Origin: Octopus sinensis
Taxonomy: Eukaryota
Direction: 5' to 3'
Assembly (NCBI RefSeq): GCF_006345805.1
Contig: NC_042997.1
Span: forward strand, 81,220,001 to 81,284,000
DNA: 64,000 nt
Positions 60,220 through 64,000 of the stretch are shown here, one piece after another (position 1 is the stretch's first letter; every line of letters begins with the position of its first letter). Below the pieces are notes generated by a model. It was not told the DNA's origin. It did not search any database and saw nothing but the letters and a program-made list of their open reading frames with translations. A program made the translations under genes and the position numbers.

Positions 60220-63142
60220 TACTGAAGGAAGCTTTTTCTTTACAATTAGAAAAAAAATAACCAAACTGATTTTTAAAAAAAAACATGCAATTCCTTAAAC
60301 TAGAGAGGGAATGCCTGTTTTTAATGGATAGTTAATTGCACATTTTGAAAACTCAGAAGATATCAAAATCCTAGACCTCTTTAGCAGAATATATAATTTA
60401 ATGCAAATTATTTACACAATAAGGACAAAGAAAAGCAAGGCACTATTTACATGCAGATTAAAACAAATATTTTAGATCTAAATCAGTAAGATAGACCTGC
60501 AAGAAATATTTAGATAACATTCAATTGTGTGTAACAATTACACTTAGGTGCTTTTTAAGTAAAATGTTGACCACTTAAATCAGTGTTTCTCAACCACTGT
60601 CTCTGGACGCCATAGTGATTCAATGCTTAAATAAAATCCTGTATTTTCATAATTGAATATATTACAAATTGTATTTAAAAAATAGTTTTAATGTTTTGTG
60701 TATTGTAGAAGTTATAACCAATTTTATTGCACATAAATTTAAGCAAAATCTTATATGGAGTCCAGTTGAGAACCACAAATTTAAATAGATAAGCTGAAAA
60801 TGAAGATCCAACAAAATTGTTAGTAAGCAGAGTATAAGAAAATTTTTCACTTTGTAACTGCAGATATATACAATTACAATCATTTTACCTTCATGAATAC
60901 TTTTAATACTGATATTTCTAATGAGTGAAGAAACTGAATTCATCTAAATATTAAAAATTAGTTTTAAATCATGACAAATTTGAATACATGGTCTAAATGT
61001 TGGGGTGAAGAAAAATTATCCTACAGTTAATAAGTGCTTTTAATTGGGATTTACTGTTTATTCATACATTAGCAAAACCCAGAAAGATAGAGGGGGAAAA
61101 AAAAAAAAAGAAAGAAAACTAGGACCATTCTCAGCAGTTGCACATTTGCAAATTTTAGATTTTAAGAAACCAAAATTCAGCCTTTGCACAAGGTTAATTA
61201 GCCTTTAGCATTCAGATTACTTTGTCAAATGCAATGCTTGTTTATTCACATTGTTTTGAATTGATAATGCACTACCTCATAGCTTTGCAATTTTGATGTG
61301 ATTATTTTTAAAATGACGTCGTAAAGTATGTGTGAAAGGCCAGATCTAGCTGGTTTGAAGATAAAAGAGGTAGAATATTTTGGCTAGATACAACTGGTTT
61401 AAATGCTAATGGGTTAGTACAAAAAACAAAGCTGAGCAGCAGAATAAAAGAAAATTAAGAGCACAGGTAAATCATAAATTACACAAAAAAATGTATCTTG
61501 TTGATTAGAAAGGCAAAGAATATTGGTTTTGACACTGCACAAGAAAATGCATGTGATAATATGAAAGCTGTTGACAAGTACTTTTGATTACTCCTTTCAT
61601 CACTAATTTGCTATATAACATAATTACCTACATATATTTAAATTTTGTTAGTGGAAGTGACTTTATACAACATTTCCATGACAAATTTATGGTCTCTAAA
61701 TTTCAAGGGATATTTTCCCATATTTTAGTCTTTTTAGAAATGAAGCAAAAGATCCCAGCAATTACAAATCAGAAGAATAACAATGAAAAATTTTAACAAG
61801 CATAAATGCTTCATTTCATTTTCCAATTATCTTTTTCTGAATTTTTCAGTAGAAACCAAGCCCAGACTTTCTGATGCTTTTGAAGTATATGCAGCCTAAG
61901 ACAGACTTCTTATTAGGAGATTATGTCCTATAACACACCTTGATGAGATTCAAGTATTTTTTTTTTAATATACATAATAGACATTTGGAAGGTGCTCAGG
62001 AGAACAAACTTATTGGAGCACAGATGACTCGTACAACAAATCCTCATATTTTCAGTATTATGGATTAGACCATGGATTTTAAATTATTGGCATGAACACC
62101 AGCAGTACATCTTGACCTCTCTTAGATGCTCTATCACTAACCAAGAAAAAACTGTCCATTTATGAAAGGACAGTGGGATAGAAAAATTAGGTATACTTCC
62201 AGCCACACACACTAAGAGCAAACTTACAATATGGGGTATCAAAGAATGAAAGATTTAGTTCAACTTGTCCTAATCTAAATTTTTTTAAATCTGTTTTAGT
62301 TAGAAACCTGTCAAATTTTTCAAACTAAAACAGCCTATAGAAGATTTTAAAATCTACTTGCATAGAAACCAAAACCTCCACTCTTTGCAAAACTTTGTAC
62401 ATTGATAAATATACACATAACACTGAATCTTTCAGGTTGTCTACACAGCATTTATTTCGTGATCTTGACATCTAAAATATAAGCTTTAATCATTAGAAAC
62501 CCAAACAGAAATTATTAAAAACCCTTTTGTTACCAAAATGCAGGTGCCAAGTTTAATATCAATGCATTAAAAATAAATGGAGCATTACCAAGCTTAGAAA
62601 GCAAAAAACTATGTTAAAACTGCTAACATAATGGTTACTGACTATGATGTGCAGGAACTGAACTTATTTCAATAAAACTTTTGTTTTTAATATACAATTG
62701 AAATATTAAGCCAGAGAGCTCATATACTTCAATTTGGCAAGTTCTAAATGTTCAGATGTCACTTTTACTAACAGCATATATTTTAAAATTTGGCAAAATT
62801 TTACTCATCCAAACATTTAGCTTTTACTTTGGTTTAACTATACAGAGCAGCATGTCATTTCATATACCAAATTATTGGACTGAACAATTACACTGGATAA
62901 AAATTCTAAATTGTGAAATGACTTTTGCAGTTTTAATCCAAAAAACTAAATAAGGGTTAGTAATAGTAAAATCAAGACTATACAAGAATACCGTAGCACA
63001 TCAAGTTAAAGCTTATATGGTAACAATAGAGTTTAAAATAATGGGTCTATTGTACTTCACATTGATAAGCAATTCCAAAAGTATTTCCATATGGAACATT
63101 CAAGTGGAGTTGTCATGCGAATTTAAGGAAAACAAAACTTAC

Positions 63143-63231
63143 GGGGAGAAAATGATCTGGAACGGGACCTAGAGTAACGACTTCCACTGCGTCGATAGTA
63201 AGGAGATGGAGAACGTTTACCTCTGCCTTCT
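63143..63231 (-). CDS. tra2: transformer-2 homolog, RS2-domain exon, 89 nt, phase 2/1
   Basis: atgtttcag|AGAAGGC...TCTCCCC|gtaagt gives (S)EGRGKRSPSPYYRRSGSRYSRSRSRSFSP in frame with the previous exon. RSPSPYY and RSRSRSxSP are Tra2 C-terminal motifs. Confidence 0.95.
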
Positions 63232-63345
63232 CTGAAACATTAAATTGGAACCAAGTGAAGCAACATAAAAACAAACTTGTAAAACTAATGCTGAAAAATC
63301 AAGCAAAACAATGTATTAAAGGTTTAGGTGTAAGAAGATACTTAC

Positions 63346-63461
63346 GAAGTTGGTTTCCCTAAGTAAATACCAGGTGTTGGAGTATGAGCTCTTTCTGTAA
63401 TGGAATAGTCAACTCTAATTCTTCGACCATCAACTTCTATTCCGTTGCACCTATCTTTCGC
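63346..63461 (-). CDS. tra2: transformer-2 homolog, internal exon (end of RRM + conserved linker), 116 nt, phase 0/2
   Basis: ttatttcag|GCG...ACTTC|gtaagt gives [38 protein letters not shown], closely matching the Tra2 signature DGRRIRVD(F/Y)SIT.R.HTPTPG.Y.G. Confidence 0.97.
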
Positions 63462-63796
63462 CTGAAATAAAATACAAAAAAAACCTAAGTATGAGCCTAT
63501 ATACATGTATAGGAGCTTTTAACAATTAACATAGATACACCTAAAGTATAAACAGAAACTAAATGCATTTAAACATGCTAGAAGTAAACAGTCTCCATAA
63601 CCATCCTCAACTGAAAAATTCATTGTAGATATGAGAATCATCACATGATCAGGTCGCATATCAGTCAAAAATGTATAAATGAAGGTTGTCATATGAAAGT
63701 TATATAAAATTACAGCAATATAGACAATACCAAATGAAATTTTTAGAATAAACTGCTAACTGGTTTTGATTATAGAGTTCATGAATTATGACTTAC

Positions 63797-63856
63797 CTCC
63801 ATGGCATTGTGTGTGGCTCTAAAATACACAAAGGCAAAGCCTCGTGATCTGCCAGA
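63797..63856 (-). CDS. tra2: transformer-2 homolog, internal exon (RRM RNP1 region), 60 nt, phase 0/0
   Basis: Minus strand reads tttttgtag|TCTGGCAGATCACGAGGCTTTGCCTTTGTGTATTTT...ATGGAG|gtaagt, giving SGRSRGFAFVYFRATHNAME. RGFAFVYF is the Tra2 RNP1 octamer. Upstream exons are outside the window. Confidence 0.95.
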
Positions 63857-64000
63857 CTACAAAAAAAATGAATACATAATATTCTTAAAATTATTTCAGA
63901 CATCATTCATTGCGCACACAAAATTCCTAGCTTAAAGGTTTCGTTTTAAAAATTTGAATGAATCAAAATGTATGACTTTTTTTTTTTCACTAAAACTAGA

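Noticed and set aside
63590-63665. Possible box C/D snoRNA in a tra2 intron (GTGATGA on the minus strand)
   Set aside because: No downstream box D (CTGA) or terminal stem at a suitable distance.

Overview
AT-rich, microsatellite- and transposon-dense animal genomic DNA. The SINE families and simple-repeat load resemble an octopus/coleoid cephalopod genome (inference from pattern recognition, not a database search). About 1-50.2 kb is a transposon graveyard: RTE and CR1-like LINEs, two Penelope-like families (RT + GIY-YIG), Tc1/mariner/maT/Tigger relics, a Chapaev3-like element, a Gypsy gag fragment, a non-autonomous Helitron, many SINEs and several fold-back or tandem rearrangements. About 50.2-64 kb is much poorer in LINEs and microsatellites and holds the 3' half of a minus-strand transformer-2 (tra2/TRA2A/B-like) gene. 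Four spliced coding exons give SGRSRGFAFVYF...[61 protein letters not shown]; the ORF track missed them. The 5' exons lie beyond the window end. The best lead is a 284-nt candidate exon just downstream of the tra2 stop exon. It carries three exact TGAAGAAAGAA motifs (Tra2-type binding sites) and an early stop, so it looks like an autoregulatory poison exon at the 3' end rather than in intron 1 as in vertebrates. A chain of further splice-site-bounded micro-exon candidates follows it. Secondary leads are a minimal hammerhead-like motif with an atypical core in the Penelope 3' region, and a two-piece templated insertion inside a Tc1 relic. All exon calls come from splice signals and reading frame only. 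Mismatch counts were made by eye, and transposon boundaries are approximate unless TSDs or TIRs are cited.
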